IMG/VR virus record: IMGVR_UViG_2721755721_000001
Length of the DNA: 64,000 bases
Strand: one strand, 5' to 3'
Source: a virus
Lineage: Duplodnaviria; Heunggongvirae; Uroviricota; Caudoviricetes
The notes below the pieces were generated by a model that worked only from the letters and a program-made list of their open reading frames with translations, had not been told where the DNA came from and searched no databases. This document shows positions 38,239 through 49,019 of this stretch, piece by piece. Each line of letters begins with the position of its first letter. The first letter of the stretch is position 1. A program made the translations under genes and the position numbers.

Positions 38239-39896
38239 TACCTGTATGGAGCACGGCATGTCCGGACTGGGCAGAGCGCCTGCAAAAGGGACTGTCGATT
38301 ATTCCGGCTCCGATTTATCCGGACCAGGCTGCACATGCCCTGGCGATTTTTAAACAACTGCGGATTGTGGATGCACCGGGTAGCCCGACGTTCGGGGAGT
38401 CCTGCGCACCGTGGGTGTTTGACCTGGTGGCGGCCCTGTTTGGCTCCTATGATGCGCAGACCGGTGTACGCCATATCAAGGAAGTGTTTATCCTTATCCC
38501 CAAGAAAAACAGTAAGTCCACGCTGGCCGCGGGGATCATGATGACGGCGCTGTTACTGAACTGGCGGCAGGCGGCGGGCTACACCATTCTGGCCCCGACC
38601 GTGGAGGTGGCGGCCAACGCCTTCAACCCTGCCAGGGATATGGTGCGACGGGACGATGATCTGGATGACCTCTGTCAGGTGCAGACACATATCCGGACCA
38701 TCACCCATCGGGTGACGGACACCACCCTGAAGGTGGTGGCAGCCGATCCGAATACGGTGTCCGGTATCAAGTCCGTGGGGACACTGATTGATGAACTGTG
38801 GCTGTTTGGCAAGCAGTACAAAGCGGAAGACATGCTACGTGAAGCCATCGGCGGGCTTGCCTCCCGTCCGGAAGGATTTGTGGTGTACACAACCACCCAG
38901 TCGAATGAGCCGCCAGCCGGGGTGTTCAGACAGAAACTGCAGTACGCCCGGGATGTCCGTGACGGCAAAATTCATGATCCGCACTTTCTGCCGGTGATAT
39001 TTGAACACCCTCCTGAAATGGTGGAAAGCGGGGCTCACCTGCTGATGGAAAACCTCGCCATGGTTAACCCGAATCTCGGTTATTCGGTGGATGAGGCTTT
39101 TCTGTACCGGGAGTACCGTAAAGCCCGGGAGGCTGGTGAGGAAGCATTTCGTGGCTTCATGTCAAAACACGCCAATGTGGAAATCGGTCTTGCCCTGCGT
39201 TCTGACCGCTGGGCGGGCGCGGATTTCTGGGAGCAGCAGGGCAGGCGCGTCAGCCTGGACGATATCCTGCAGCGCGCTGATGTGGTGACGGTGGGGATTG
39301 ACGGCGGGGGCCTGGATGATCTGCTGGGAATGTACGTGACTGGCCGTGACAGGGAAACCCGCGAATGGCTGGGCTGGGGCCATGCCTGGGTGCATGAAAC
39401 CGCGGTGGTCAGACGGAAGAGTGAGGCATCCCGGTTTCAGGATTTTGTGGCCTGTGGAGACATGACGATTGTCCGTCGGGTCGGGGATGACACGGCGGAA
39501 GTGGCGGAGTATGTGCGTCGTATTCATGAGGCTGAGTTACTGGACCATATCGGTATTGACCCGTCAGGGGTGGGGCAGATTCTGGATTCACTGGCGGAAG
39601 CCGGGATCCCCGATGAGAGTGTGGTGGGGATAAGCCAGGGCTGGAAGCTGGGCGGGGCCATCAAAACCACCGAGCGCAAACTGGCTGAAGGGGTGCTGAT
39701 TCACGGTGATCAGCCCCTGATGGCCTGGTGTGTCGGTAATGCCCGGGTGGAGCCTAAAGGTAACGCCATTCTTATCACCAAACAGGCCAGCGGACGGGGA
39801 AAAATTGACCCGCTGATGGCGCTCTTCAATGCGGTGTCCCTGATGTCCCTTAACCCGGAACCGAAAAAGAAAGCGTATGAGGTTTTTTTCATATAA
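38235..39896 (+). CDS. terminase large subunit (complete copy)
   Basis: 553 aa, ATGA-coupled to terS; ATPase and nuclease regions. Confidence 0.9.
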   Translation: MIPVWSTACPDWAERLQKGLSIIPAPIYPDQAAHALAIFKQLRIVDAPGSPTFGESCAPWVFDLVAALFGSYDAQTGVRHIKEVFILIPKKNSKSTLAAGIMMTALLLNWRQAAGYTILAPTVEVAANAFNPARDMVRRDDDLDDLCQVQTHIRTITHRVTDTTLKVVAADPNTVSGIKSVGTLIDELWLFGKQYKAEDMLREAIGGLASRPEGFVVYTTTQSNEPPAGVFRQKLQYARDVRDGKIHDPHFLPVIFEHPPEMVESGAHLLMENLAMVNPNLGYSVDEAFLYREYRKAREAGEEAFRGFMSKHANVEIGLALRSDRWAGADFWEQQGRRVSLDDILQRADVVTVGIDGGGLDDLLGMYVTGRDRETREWLGWGHAWVHETAVVRRKSEASRFQDFVACGDMTIVRRVGDDTAEVAEYVRRIHEAELLDHIGIDPSGVGQILDSLAEAGIPDESVVGISQGWKLGGAIKTTERKLAEGVLIHGDQPLMAWCVGNARVEPKGNAILITKQASGRGKIDPLMALFNAVSLMSLNPEPKKKAYEVFFI

Positions 39897-39920
39897 CCCT
39901 GCTCACCCTGTAACCATCAT

Positions 39921-39945
39921 GAACCGCTGCGGCGGTTTTTTTATT
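39921..39945 (+). terminator. hairpin plus T-run after terL (repeated at about 41750-41775)
   Basis: accgctgcggcggtttttttatttt. Confidence 0.45.
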
Positions 39946-39959
39946 TTCAGGAGGCTGAT

Positions 39960-40544
39960 GTGACTCTTAAACGGGCCTGTTCCCTGCTGACGGTGAAATC
40001 CTTCAGTGAGGATGAGCGGGTGATCACCGGGATTGCGTCAACGCCTTCTCCGGATCGGGATGGTGACATCCTGGAGCCGGAGGGCGCGGAGTTTGGCAGT
40101 GCGATCCCGTTTCTCTGGCAGCATGACCATTCCCGCCCGGTGGGGCAGTGTACGGTGCGCCGGGTCAGCGAAGGGCTGGAAATCACGGCAACACTGGCGA
40201 AGCCCGTGCCGGATATGCCATCGCAACTGGTTGCCCGGCTGGATGAGGCCTGGGCGGCCATTAAGACCGGGCTGGTCAGGGGGCTTTCCGTGGGCTTCCG
40301 TCCCCATGAATACACCTTTCTGGACGGAGGCGGACTGCATTTTCTGCGCTGGGAACTGATGGAGGTGTCTGCCGTCACCGTGCCCGCGAATGCGGAATGC
40401 ACCATCCGGACCATTAAATCTTACGACCGCCCGTTTTCTGCACTAACGCCTTCAACCCTGCCAGGGATATGGTACGACGGGACGATGATCTGGATGACCT
40501 CTGTCAGGTGCAGACACATATCCGGACCATCACCCATCGGGTGA
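39960..40544 (+). pseudogene. truncated prohead protease fragment (first copy), broken at the duplication junction near 40443
   Basis: First about 160 aa match the N-terminus of the 645-aa protease-capsid protein; the reading frame then runs into the duplicated terL segment. Confidence 0.7.
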
Positions 40545-41725
40545 CGGACACCACCCTGAAGGTGGTGGCAGCCGATCCGAATACGGTGTCCGGTATCAAG
40601 TCCGTGGGGACACTGATTGATGAACTGTGGCTGTTTGGCAAGCAGTACAAAGCGGAAGACATGCTACGTGAAGCCATCGGCGGGCTTGCCTCCCGTCCGG
40701 AAGGATTTGTGGTGTACACAACCACCCAGTCGAATGAACCGCCTGCCGGGGTGTTCAGACAGAAACTGCAGTACGCCCGGGATGTCCGTGACGGCAAAAT
40801 TCATGATCCGCACTTTCTGCCGGTGATATTTGAACACCCTCCTGAAATGGTGGAAAGCGGGGCTCACCTGCTGATGGAAAACCTCGCCATGGTCAATCCG
40901 AATCTCGGTTATTCGGTGGATGAGGCTTTTCTGTACCGGGAGTACCGTAAAGCCCGGGAGGCTGGTGAGGAAGCATTTCGTGGCTTCATGTCAAAACACG
41001 CCAATGTGGAAATCGGTCTTGCCCTGCGTTCTGACCGCTGGGCGGGCGCGGATTTCTGGGAGCAGCAGGGCCGTTGTATCAGCCTGGACGATATCCTGCG
41101 TCGTGCTGATGTGGTGACGGTGGGGATTGACGGCGGAGGGCTGGATGATCTGCTGGGAATGTACGTGATTGGGCGTGACCGGGAGACCCGCGAATGGCTG
41201 GGCTGGGGCCATGCCTGGGCGCATGAAACCGCGGTGGTCCGACGGAAGAGCGAGGCGTCCCGGTTTCAGGATCTTGTTGCCTGTGGAGATATGACCATTG
41301 TCCGGCGTGTCGGGGATGACACGGCGGAAGTGGCGGAATATGTGCGTCGCATTCATGAGGCTGAGTTACTGGACCATATCGGTATTGACCCGTCAGGGGT
41401 GGGGCAGATTCTGGATTCACTGGCGGAAGCCGGGATCCCCGACGGAATTGTGGTGGGGATAAGCCAGGGCTGGAAACTGGGCGGGGCCATCAAAACCACC
41501 GAGCGCAAACTGGCTGAAGGGGTGCTGATTCACGGTGATCAGCCCCTGATGGCCTGGTGTGTCGGTAATGCCCGGGTGGAGCCTAAAGGTAACGCCATTC
41601 TTATCACCAAACAGGCCAGCGGACGGGGAAAAATTGACCCGCTGATGGCGCTCTTCAATGCGGTGTCCCTGATGTCCCTGAATCCGGAACCGAAAAAGAA
41701 AGCGTATGAGGTTTTTTTCATATAA
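40469..41725 (+). pseudogene. partial second copy of terL (C-terminal 418 aa, no N-terminal ATPase start)
   Basis: About 95% identical to terL residues from about 129 to the end; begins at the junction. Confidence 0.7.
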
Positions 41726-41788
41726 CCCTGCTCACCCTGTAACCATCATGAACCGCTGCGGCGGTTTTTTTATTTTCAGGAGGCTGAT

Positions 41789-43726
41789 GTGACTCTTAAA
41801 CGGGCCTGTTCCCTGCTGACGGTGAAATCCTTCAGTGAGGATGAACGGGTGATCACCGGGATTGCGTCAACGCCTTCTCCGGATCGGGATGGTGACATCC
41901 TGGAGCCGGAGGGGGCTGAGTTTGGCAGTACGATCCCGTTTCTCTGGCAGCATGACCATTCCCGCCCTGTAGGACAGTGTACGGTGCGTCGGGTCAGGGA
42001 AGGGCTGGAAATCACGGCAATGCTGGTGAAGCCGGAGCCGGGGATGCCCTCCCAGATGGCAGCCCGGCTGGATGAGGCCTGGGCTGCCATTAAGACCGGG
42101 CTGGTCAGGGGGCTTTCTGTGGGCTTCCGGCCCCATGAATACACTTATCTGGACGGAGGCGGACTGCATTTTCTGCGCTGGGAGCTGATGGAGGTGTCTG
42201 CCGTCACCGTGCCCGCGAATGCGGAATGCACCATCCGGACCATTAAATATTTCGACCGCCCGTTTTCTGCCGCGTCCGGCAACCGGAAACCGGTGGTGAA
42301 AATCGCATCTTCTGCCGGCGCTGCGGCACAGTCAATAACCTCTTTTCATAAGGAAAAGTCAGCAATGAATACTGGTGAACAGATTAAAAGTTTTGAAAAC
42401 AAGCGTGCGGCGCTGGCAGCCTCCCTTGAGGAGATCATGAACAAAGCCGCAGAGGAAGGCCGCACACTGGATGTGGAAGAGGAAGAGCACTACGACAACA
42501 CCGCAGCGGAAATCCGTCAGGTGGATGCGCACCTGAAGCGTCTGCGTGAACTGGAAACCAGTAAGGCCGCCACGGCACAGCCGGTGAAACAGGCCGGTAA
42601 CGGGAATGTGGCCACGGTGGCTTCAGCGCCGGTGATCCGTGTTGAGCAGAAACTGGAGAAGGGGATTGGTTTCGCCCGCTTTGCCAAATCACTGGCCGCG
42701 GCTAAAGGTGTCCGCTCTGAAGCCCTGGAAGTGGCCCGTCGTCAGTATCCGGATGACAGCCGTCTGCATCATGTCCTGAAATCGGCGGTGGGGGCAGGGA
42801 CCACCACGGACCCACAGTGGGCAGGCAGCCTGTCTGAATATCAGGAATATGCGCAGGACTTTATTGATTACCTGCGTCCGCAGACCATTATCGGGCGATT
42901 TGGTCAGGGCGGGATCCCTGCACTTCGTCAGGTGCCGTTCAATATCCGCGTGCATGCCCAGGTGTCCGGCGGTGCTGCCAGCTGGGTGGGGGAGGGTAAG
43001 GCCAGACCCCTGACGAAGTTTGATTTTGAGTCCATCACCTTCAGTCATGCGAAGGTGTCGGCCATTGCGGTACTGACGGAAGAGCTGATCCGTTTTTCCA
43101 GTCCGGCAGCTGATGCGCTGGTCCGTAATGCGCTGGCAGAAGCGGTGGTGGCGCGTCTGGACACAGACTTTGTGGACCCGAAAAAAGCCGCAGTGGCAGA
43201 TGTCTCCCCGGCGTCCATCACCCATGATGTGAAGGGCACGGCATCAACCGGTAACCCGGATGCGGATGCCGAGGCGGCGTTTGGCCAGTTTGTGGCAGCA
43301 AACCTGCAGCCCACCGGTGCGGTCTGGCTGATGTCCAGCACCAATGCCCTGGCACTGTCCATGCGTAAAAATGCGCTGGGTCAGAAGGAATACCCGGACA
43401 TGACCCTGCTGGGTGGCTCCTTCCAGGGGCTGCCGGTGATTGTCTCCCAGTACGTGGGTGACCAGCTGGTGCTGGTGAATGCCCCGGATATTTATCTGGC
43501 GGATGACGGCGGTGTGGCAGTGGATATGTCCCGTGAAGCGTCACTGGAAATGCAGTCTGAGCCGGGCGGCGACAGCACCACACCGTCGCCGGTGGAGCTG
43601 GTTTCCATGTTCCAGACCGGCAGCGTGGCCATCCGTGCGGAGCGCTGGATCAACTGGCGTCGTCGCCGTACTGCGGCGGTGGCTGTGATCACCGGTGTGA
43701 ACTACGGCAGTGCGTCCGGCGGCTGA
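41789..43726 (+). CDS. HK97-family prohead protease fused to major capsid protein (645 aa)
   Basis: N-terminal protease domain, linker, C-terminal HK97-fold capsid region. Confidence 0.8.
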   Translation: MTLKRACSLLTVKSFSEDERVITGIASTPSPDRDGDILEPEGAEFGSTIPFLWQHDHSRPVGQCTVRRVREGLEITAMLVKPEPGMPSQMAARLDEAWAAIKTGLVRGLSVGFRPHEYTYLDGGGLHFLRWELMEVSAVTVPANAECTIRTIKYFDRPFSAASGNRKPVVKIASSAGAAAQSITSFHKEKSAMNTGEQIKSFENKRAALAASLEEIMNKAAEEGRTLDVEEEEHYDNTAAEIRQVDAHLKRLRELETSKAATAQPVKQAGNGNVATVASAPVIRVEQKLEKGIGFARFAKSLAAAKGVRSEALEVARRQYPDDSRLHHVLKSAVGAGTTTDPQWAGSLSEYQEYAQDFIDYLRPQTIIGRFGQGGIPALRQVPFNIRVHAQVSGGAASWVGEGKARPLTKFDFESITFSHAKVSAIAVLTEELIRFSSPAADALVRNALAEAVVARLDTDFVDPKKAAVADVSPASITHDVKGTASTGNPDADAEAAFGQFVAANLQPTGAVWLMSSTNALALSMRKNALGQKEYPDMTLLGGSFQGLPVIVSQYVGDQLVLVNAPDIYLADDGGVAVDMSREASLEMQSEPGGDSTTPSPVELVSMFQTGSVAIRAERWINWRRRRTAAVAVITGVNYGSASGG

Positions 43727-43937
43727 GTCTGATGAGGAGGGCGGGAGGTAAGAGCGTCCCGCAGTAACTGATGGCAAAAATCCGATATCTGCAGGGTACA
43801 CATGATGCCCGGCCCGGGGATATCCGGGATGTCGCACAGCCGTGTGCGGAGGTGCTGGTTCGCCTGAGGAAGGCGGAGTACATCACAGTGCGACGTCCGG
43901 CAGGTCAGAAAAAGAAACGTGATGCGGAGCATGGCGA

Positions 43938-45302
43938 ATGTGGAACCTTTTGCGGCGAACCCGAAAAAACCAGAAATCAGGACGTGACGTAAGAGAAGTG
44001 GGCTGGCGGTCCCTGTTTCAGGCGGTGGCTGAGCCTTTTGCCGGTGCCTGGCAGCAGGGTGTGAAAGCCGATCCGGAAACCGTTTTGTCCTTTCACGCGG
44101 TGTTTTCATGCATTTCGCTGATATCCCAGGATATTGCCAAAATGCGGCTTCGCCTGATGCAGACTGATGTACAGGGAATACGCCGGGAAAAGCGGCAGGG
44201 AGATACTGCCCGTCTCTGTCGTCGTCCTAATGCACAGCAGAATCGCATCCAGTTTTTTGAACTGTGGCTGAATTCCAAATTGCGTCACGGCAATACGGTG
44301 GTGCTGAAAATCCGCAACCACCGGGGGCAGATCAAAGAACTGCGTATTCTGGACTGGAGCCGGGTTGAACCTCTGGTGGCGGATGACGGCGACGTGTTCT
44401 ACCGCATCACGCCGGACCGGAACTGTGGGATCACGGAGGCGGTGACGGTGCCTGCCCGGGAGGTGATCCACGACCGTTTTAACTGTTTTTTTCATCCGCT
44501 TGTGGGGCTGCCGCCGGTGTATGCCGCAGGACTGGCCGCCATGCAGGGGCATCATATTCAGGCAAATTCGACGTATTTTTTCAGAAATGGCGGGCGACCA
44601 TCAGGCGTGATTGAGGTCCCCGGCAGTATTACGGAAGAAAACGCGAAAAAACTGAAGGGGAACTGGGACAGCGGATATACGGGCGAAAATGCGGGGAAAA
44701 CGGCCATACTGAGCAACGGGGCAAAATACAGCCCTACGACGTTTTCACCGGTGGATGCGCAGACGGTGGAACAACTGAAAATGACGGCTGAAATTGTCTG
44801 TTCGGTGTTCCGTGTCCCGGCCTACAAGATTGGCGTTGGCCACCCGCCTTCCAGTGACAACGTGGAGGCGCTGGAGCAGCAGTATTATTCCCAGTGTCTG
44901 CAGACGCTGATTGAGTCCATTGAGCTGTTACTGGATGAGGCGCTGGAAACGGGGGAAAACGAGAGCACGGAGTTTGACGTCACCACGCTGCTGAGAATGG
45001 ACAGCGAACGGCGCATGAAAACACTGGGTGAATCGGTGAAAAATACGCTTCTCACGCCCAATGAGGCCCGTAAACGTGAGAACCTGCCGCCCCTTGCGGG
45101 AGGTGATGCACTGTATCTTCAGCAGCAGAACTACAGTCTGGAGGCGCTGTCCCGTCGTGATGCCCGTGAAGATCCGTTTGCGTCGTCCGGGAAAAGAGTT
45201 TCAGCCCAACTGCCTGACGGCGCATCTGACGGTAATAAGGCAATCAGTGAAACAGAGCATGGTGCGTTGAAAGCGATGTTGAGGGGGATACTGCGAAAAT
45301 GA
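43938..45302 (+). CDS. phage portal protein (start uncertain)
   Basis: 454-aa ORF with portal-like central region; position after the capsid gene. Confidence 0.65.
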   Translation: MWNLLRRTRKNQKSGRDVREVGWRSLFQAVAEPFAGAWQQGVKADPETVLSFHAVFSCISLISQDIAKMRLRLMQTDVQGIRREKRQGDTARLCRRPNAQQNRIQFFELWLNSKLRHGNTVVLKIRNHRGQIKELRILDWSRVEPLVADDGDVFYRITPDRNCGITEAVTVPAREVIHDRFNCFFHPLVGLPPVYAAGLAAMQGHHIQANSTYFFRNGGRPSGVIEVPGSITEENAKKLKGNWDSGYTGENAGKTAILSNGAKYSPTTFSPVDAQTVEQLKMTAEIVCSVFRVPAYKIGVGHPPSSDNVEALEQQYYSQCLQTLIESIELLLDEALETGENESTEFDVTTLLRMDSERRMKTLGESVKNTLLTPNEARKRENLPPLAGGDALYLQQQNYSLEALSRRDAREDPFASSGKRVSAQLPDGASDGNKAISETEHGALKAMLRGILRK

Positions 45303-46036
45303 CGGAACGGGAACTGTCCATTATTCGTGCACTGGGCGAAGAATTCGCCACGGTGCTGGCGGATTTACAGCACACATTTGAGGAGAAGATGGCCGCGCAG
45401 GCACAAGCGTTTGAAGAGAAACTGGCTTCCCTGTCGGCGGTATTACAGAAGCATGTGACGGTGGATGAGGTACATCCGGTTCTGCAGGCGATGGTGGATG
45501 ACGCTGTGGGGGCCATTTCGGTACCGCGTGATGGTCGTGACTACGATCCCGATGTTCTGCGGAAGGCGGTTCTGGAGGCGGTGAATGCCCTTCCGGCTCC
45601 GCAGGACGGGCGTGATGCCACGGCACTGGAAGTGCTCCCCGCTATTGACGATCAAAAATCCTTTCCCCGGGGCACGTATGCCACACACCTGGGTGGACTC
45701 TGGCGGGCGTATGAAAAAACGCACGGGATGCGGGGATGGGAATGCCTGGTTGACGGGGTGGCGGATATCGACGTCAGCATGACGGATGAGCGGTTGTTCT
45801 CTGTGGTGATCCGGCAGAGCAGTGGCCAGTGTACGGAAAAAACATTTTCCCTGCCGGTGATGCTCTACCGCGGTGTGTTCAGAGCCGGTGAAACCTACCA
45901 CCCCGGCGATACGGTGACGTGGGGGGGCTCGCTGTGGCACTGCAACAGTATGACCGGTGATAAACCCGGAGAAGCTCATTCATCAGGCTGGACCCTGGCT
46001 GCAAAACGTGGACGGGATGCAGGAGGCGGAAAATGA
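45299..46036 (+). CDS. hypothetical head-associated protein (245 aa)
   Basis: ORF coupled to the portal gene. Confidence 0.5.
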   Translation: MTERELSIIRALGEEFATVLADLQHTFEEKMAAQAQAFEEKLASLSAVLQKHVTVDEVHPVLQAMVDDAVGAISVPRDGRDYDPDVLRKAVLEAVNALPAPQDGRDATALEVLPAIDDQKSFPRGTYATHLGGLWRAYEKTHGMRGWECLVDGVADIDVSMTDERLFSVVIRQSSGQCTEKTFSLPVMLYRGVFRAGETYHPGDTVTWGGSLWHCNSMTGDKPGEAHSSGWTLAAKRGRDAGGGK

Positions 46037-46359
46037 CGGCATTACTGACACTGGAAGAGATCAAGGCACATCTGCGTGTTGACCATGACGCGGATGATGA
46101 CATGCTGATGGACAAGGTTCGTCAGGCTACCGCCGTGCTGCTGGCCTACATTCAGGGTAGCCGGGATAAAGTGATTCGTGAGGACGGTGAGCTGATCCCG
46201 GGCGAGGCATTAACCCGGATGAAGGGGGCTGCCATGCGACTGACCGGGATGCTGTACCGGAATCCGGATCTTGCTGAGCGGGAAGACCTCGTGCAGGGGG
46301 AACTGCCGTTTTCTGTGTCCGTGCTGATTTACGATTTGCGTTGTCCGACGGTGTTATGA
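46033..46359 (+). CDS. head-tail connector (gp6-like)
   Basis: MTALLTLEEIKAHLRVDHDADDDMLMDKV... typical gp6-like N-terminus. Confidence 0.7.
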   Translation: MTALLTLEEIKAHLRVDHDADDDMLMDKVRQATAVLLAYIQGSRDKVIREDGELIPGEALTRMKGAAMRLTGMLYRNPDLAEREDLVQGELPFSVSVLIYDLRCPTVL

Positions 46360-46369
46360 GGAGGGAGGA

Positions 46370-46720
46370 ATGGCAATATCTGCAGGTCGTCTGACACAGA
46401 TGATAAGTGTTCTGAAGCCGGTGTTAACCCGTAATGCTGCCGGAGAAATGACGGAAGAATGGGTGTCATGCGGGAAAATTCATGCGGATATCCGTGGCAG
46501 GAGCAGCCGGGAGCGGATGCAGTCCGGTGCGGAAATGGCGCAGGCGGAAATCCGCATCTGGGTGCGCGGTCAGTCCGGTCGGGAAATCACGGCAGCGTCA
46601 CGACTTCATGTGCTGAGTGGTCCCTGGCGTGACCGGATCCTGAACGTTGTCGGGCTGCCCGTGCCGGATGCGACCGGTGGGCGTCTGGAAATTCTCTGTC
46701 GGCTGGGAGGGGAAAAATGA
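46370..46720 (+). CDS. head closure / head-tail adaptor protein
   Basis: Size and position. Confidence 0.6.
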   Translation: MAISAGRLTQMISVLKPVLTRNAAGEMTEEWVSCGKIHADIRGRSSRERMQSGAEMAQAEIRIWVRGQSGREITAASRLHVLSGPWRDRILNVVGLPVPDATGGRLEILCRLGGEK

Positions 46721-47163
46721 TCGAAACCCTGCTGGATTTTTCGGGGCTGGAGGACATCAGCCGCGATTTGCAGCTTCTGAGTGGTGCAGAAAATAACCGG
46801 GTGCTGCGTGAGGCAACCCGTGCGGGTGCGAATGTGCTGAAAGAAGAAGTGGTGTCACGGGCACCGGTACGCAGGGGAAAACTGCGCCGCAATGTGGTGG
46901 TCCTTTCCCGGCGCTCCCGCGATGGCGGGATGGAATCCGGTGTCCATATCCGTGGTGTTAATCCGGACACCGGTAACAGCGATAACACCATGAAGGCGGA
47001 TAACCCGCGCAATGCTTTCTACTGGCGGTTTGTGGAAATGGGGACCGTGAATATGCCACCGCACCCGTTTGTGCGCCCGGCATTTGATGTGCGCAGTGAA
47101 CAGGCAGCTCAGGTGGCGATTGCGCGGATGAACCGGGCCATTGATGAGGTACTGAGACGATGA
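46717..47163 (+). CDS. HK97 gp10-family tail-completion protein
   Basis: Size and position. Confidence 0.6.
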   Translation: MIETLLDFSGLEDISRDLQLLSGAENNRVLREATRAGANVLKEEVVSRAPVRRGKLRRNVVVLSRRSRDGGMESGVHIRGVNPDTGNSDNTMKADNPRNAFYWRFVEMGTVNMPPHPFVRPAFDVRSEQAAQVAIARMNRAIDEVLRR

Positions 47164-47504
47164 CGGAGGCGGATTTGTATCCTCATCTGGCACATCTTGC
47201 CGGCGGGCAGGTGTACCCGTATGTGGTCCCCCTGCTGGATGGCAGGCCGTCGGTGGCGCTTCCGTGGGTGGTTTTCAGCCTGATTTCATCGGTGTCTGCG
47301 GACGTGATGGGCGGGCAGGCGGAGTCCTCAGTGTCGGTGCAGATCGACGTTTATGCCGGGACTGTGACGCAGGCGCGTCAGATACGTCAGGACGCCCGTG
47401 AAGCCATAATGCTGCTGGCCCCGGGATCCGTCAGTGAAATGCAGGACTATATTCCGGAAAACCGCTGTTACCGTGCAACCCTGGAGTTTCAGGTCACGGT
47501 GTGA
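47160..47504 (+). CDS. tail-terminator-like protein (114 aa)
   Basis: Position before the major tail gene. Confidence 0.5.
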   Translation: MTEADLYPHLAHLAGGQVYPYVVPLLDGRPSVALPWVVFSLISSVSADVMGGQAESSVSVQIDVYAGTVTQARQIRQDAREAIMLLAPGSVSEMQDYIPENRCYRATLEFQVTV

Positions 47505-47570
47505 CTTTTTCTTTTTTTCTACAAAACCCATACCCCGCCGCGAGCGGGTTTTTTATTATCAGGAGGCAGA

Positions 47571-48287
47571 ATGTCTGCTTTGTATGAACGCTCACAGCTG
47601 ACGCAGGTGATGATTTCATCTGCCCCGGCGACTGCTGAAACCATGGATAAGGCGGAATATCTGCGCCTGGACTGCACCATCAAGGAAGTCCAGTTCACCG
47701 CCGGTCAGAAACAGGATATTGATGTGACCACGCTCTGCTCCACAGAGCAGGAGAACATCAACGGTCTGGGGGCGTCGTCCGAGATTTCCATGTCGGGTAA
47801 TTTTTATCTGAATCAGGCCCAGAACGCCCTGCGTGATGCCTATGACAATGACACGGTGTATGCGTTTAAGGTGCAGTTTCCGTCCGGTAAGGGCTTTAAG
47901 TTCCTGGCGGAAGTGCGTCAGCACACCTGGTCATCCGGTACCAACGGCGTGGTGGCTGCAACGTTCTCACTTCGCCTGAAGGGTAAACCGGTGTCCTATG
48001 TGGTACCGCTGGCGTTTGTGAAAAATCCGGAGAAGACACTTACCGTGAATACCGGTGCGCTGCTGACAATGTCAGTCAGTGTCAACGGGGGAACGCCGCC
48101 TTATAAACACGCCTGGAAGAAGGATGGTCAGCCGGTAGAGGGACAGACTACTGACACTTTCAGTAAAGCCAATGCGCAGTCAGGTGATAAGGGGGCTTAT
48201 ACCTGCGAGGTAACGGATTCTGCAGAACAGCCGCAGAGCATTACCTCTGATGCGTGTACAGTAACGGTTAATGGTGCGGGCGGATAA
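47571..48287 (+). CDS. major tail protein with C-terminal Ig-like domain
   Basis: Position before the chaperone/tape-measure genes; Ig-like C-terminus. Confidence 0.7.
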   Translation: MSALYERSQLTQVMISSAPATAETMDKAEYLRLDCTIKEVQFTAGQKQDIDVTTLCSTEQENINGLGASSEISMSGNFYLNQAQNALRDAYDNDTVYAFKVQFPSGKGFKFLAEVRQHTWSSGTNGVVAATFSLRLKGKPVSYVVPLAFVKNPEKTLTVNTGALLTMSVSVNGGTPPYKHAWKKDGQPVEGQTTDTFSKANAQSGDKGAYTCEVTDSAEQPQSITSDACTVTVNGAGG

Positions 48288-48292
48288 GGCTT

Positions 48293-48667
48293 ATGGCAAA
48301 AGATCTGAAAACACTGGCGCTGGCCAGACTGTCGGGGTTCCGTCATAAAACGGTGAAGGTGCCGGAATGGGGAAATGTCAGCGTGGTGCTGCGGGAGCCT
48401 TCGGCAGAGGCCTGGTATCTGTGGCAGGAAGTGCTCAATGGTGATGGAGAGGATGACGATACCCTGTCGGTGGTGGCGAAAACCCGCCGTAACCTGGAAG
48501 CGGATGTGACGCTGTTCTGCGATGTCCTGTGTGATACGGACCTGCAACGGGTGTTCACTCCGGACGACCGTGAGCAGGTGCTGGCCGTCTATGGTCCGGT
48601 ACATGCCCGGTTGCTGCGTCAGGCACTGGAACTGATCGCTGATGCAGAGTCGGCCAGAAAAAAGTAG
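48293..48667 (+). CDS. tail assembly chaperone (G-like)
   Basis: Position immediately upstream of the tape measure, with a following T-like ORF. Confidence 0.6.
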   Translation: MAKDLKTLALARLSGFRHKTVKVPEWGNVSVVLREPSAEAWYLWQEVLNGDGEDDDTLSVVAKTRRNLEADVTLFCDVLCDTDLQRVFTPDDREQVLAVYGPVHARLLRQALELIADAESARKK

Positions 48668-48690
48668 CCCGCCCGGAAATTCGCTTTCTG

Positions 48691-48972
48691 ATGCGACTTG
48701 CGCTCCGTCTGGGGCGCACCTTATCCGAACTGCGGCACAGCCTGAGTGCGAGCGAGGCGATGATGTGGATGGAGTTCGACAGGGTATCCCCGCTGGGTGA
48801 TGAGCGCGGGGATATCCGTAATGCACAGATCGTGAAAGCGGTTTTCGGGGCACAGGGGATGAATGTTGCACTGAAGGACGCCATGCTCTGCTGGGGCGAG
48901 GATGAGGATAAGCCGGAGGTGGATCCGTTTGCGGCGCTGGAAGACGCGCTGAGCTTTGCAGCACAGTCATGA
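48691..48972 (+). CDS. tail assembly protein T-like (probable frameshift extension partner)
   Basis: Small ORF between G-like and tape-measure genes. Confidence 0.45.
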   Translation: MRLALRLGRTLSELRHSLSASEAMMWMEFDRVSPLGDERGDIRNAQIVKAVFGAQGMNVALKDAMLCWGEDEDKPEVDPFAALEDALSFAAQS

Positions 48973-48980
48973 ATGATGAG

Positions 48981-49001
48981 AACCGCTGAGGCGGTTTTTT
49001 T
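48981..49001 (+). terminator. hairpin plus T-run between the T-like gene and the tape measure
   Basis: aaccgctgaggcggttttttt. Confidence 0.4.
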
Positions 49002-49019
49002 ACGCCCGGAGAAAGGTGA

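Noticed and set aside
37869-38474. 201-aa and 124-aa minus-strand ORFs
   Set aside because: Antisense to terS and terL, which have strong family signatures; the translations are Arg/Gly-rich low-complexity.
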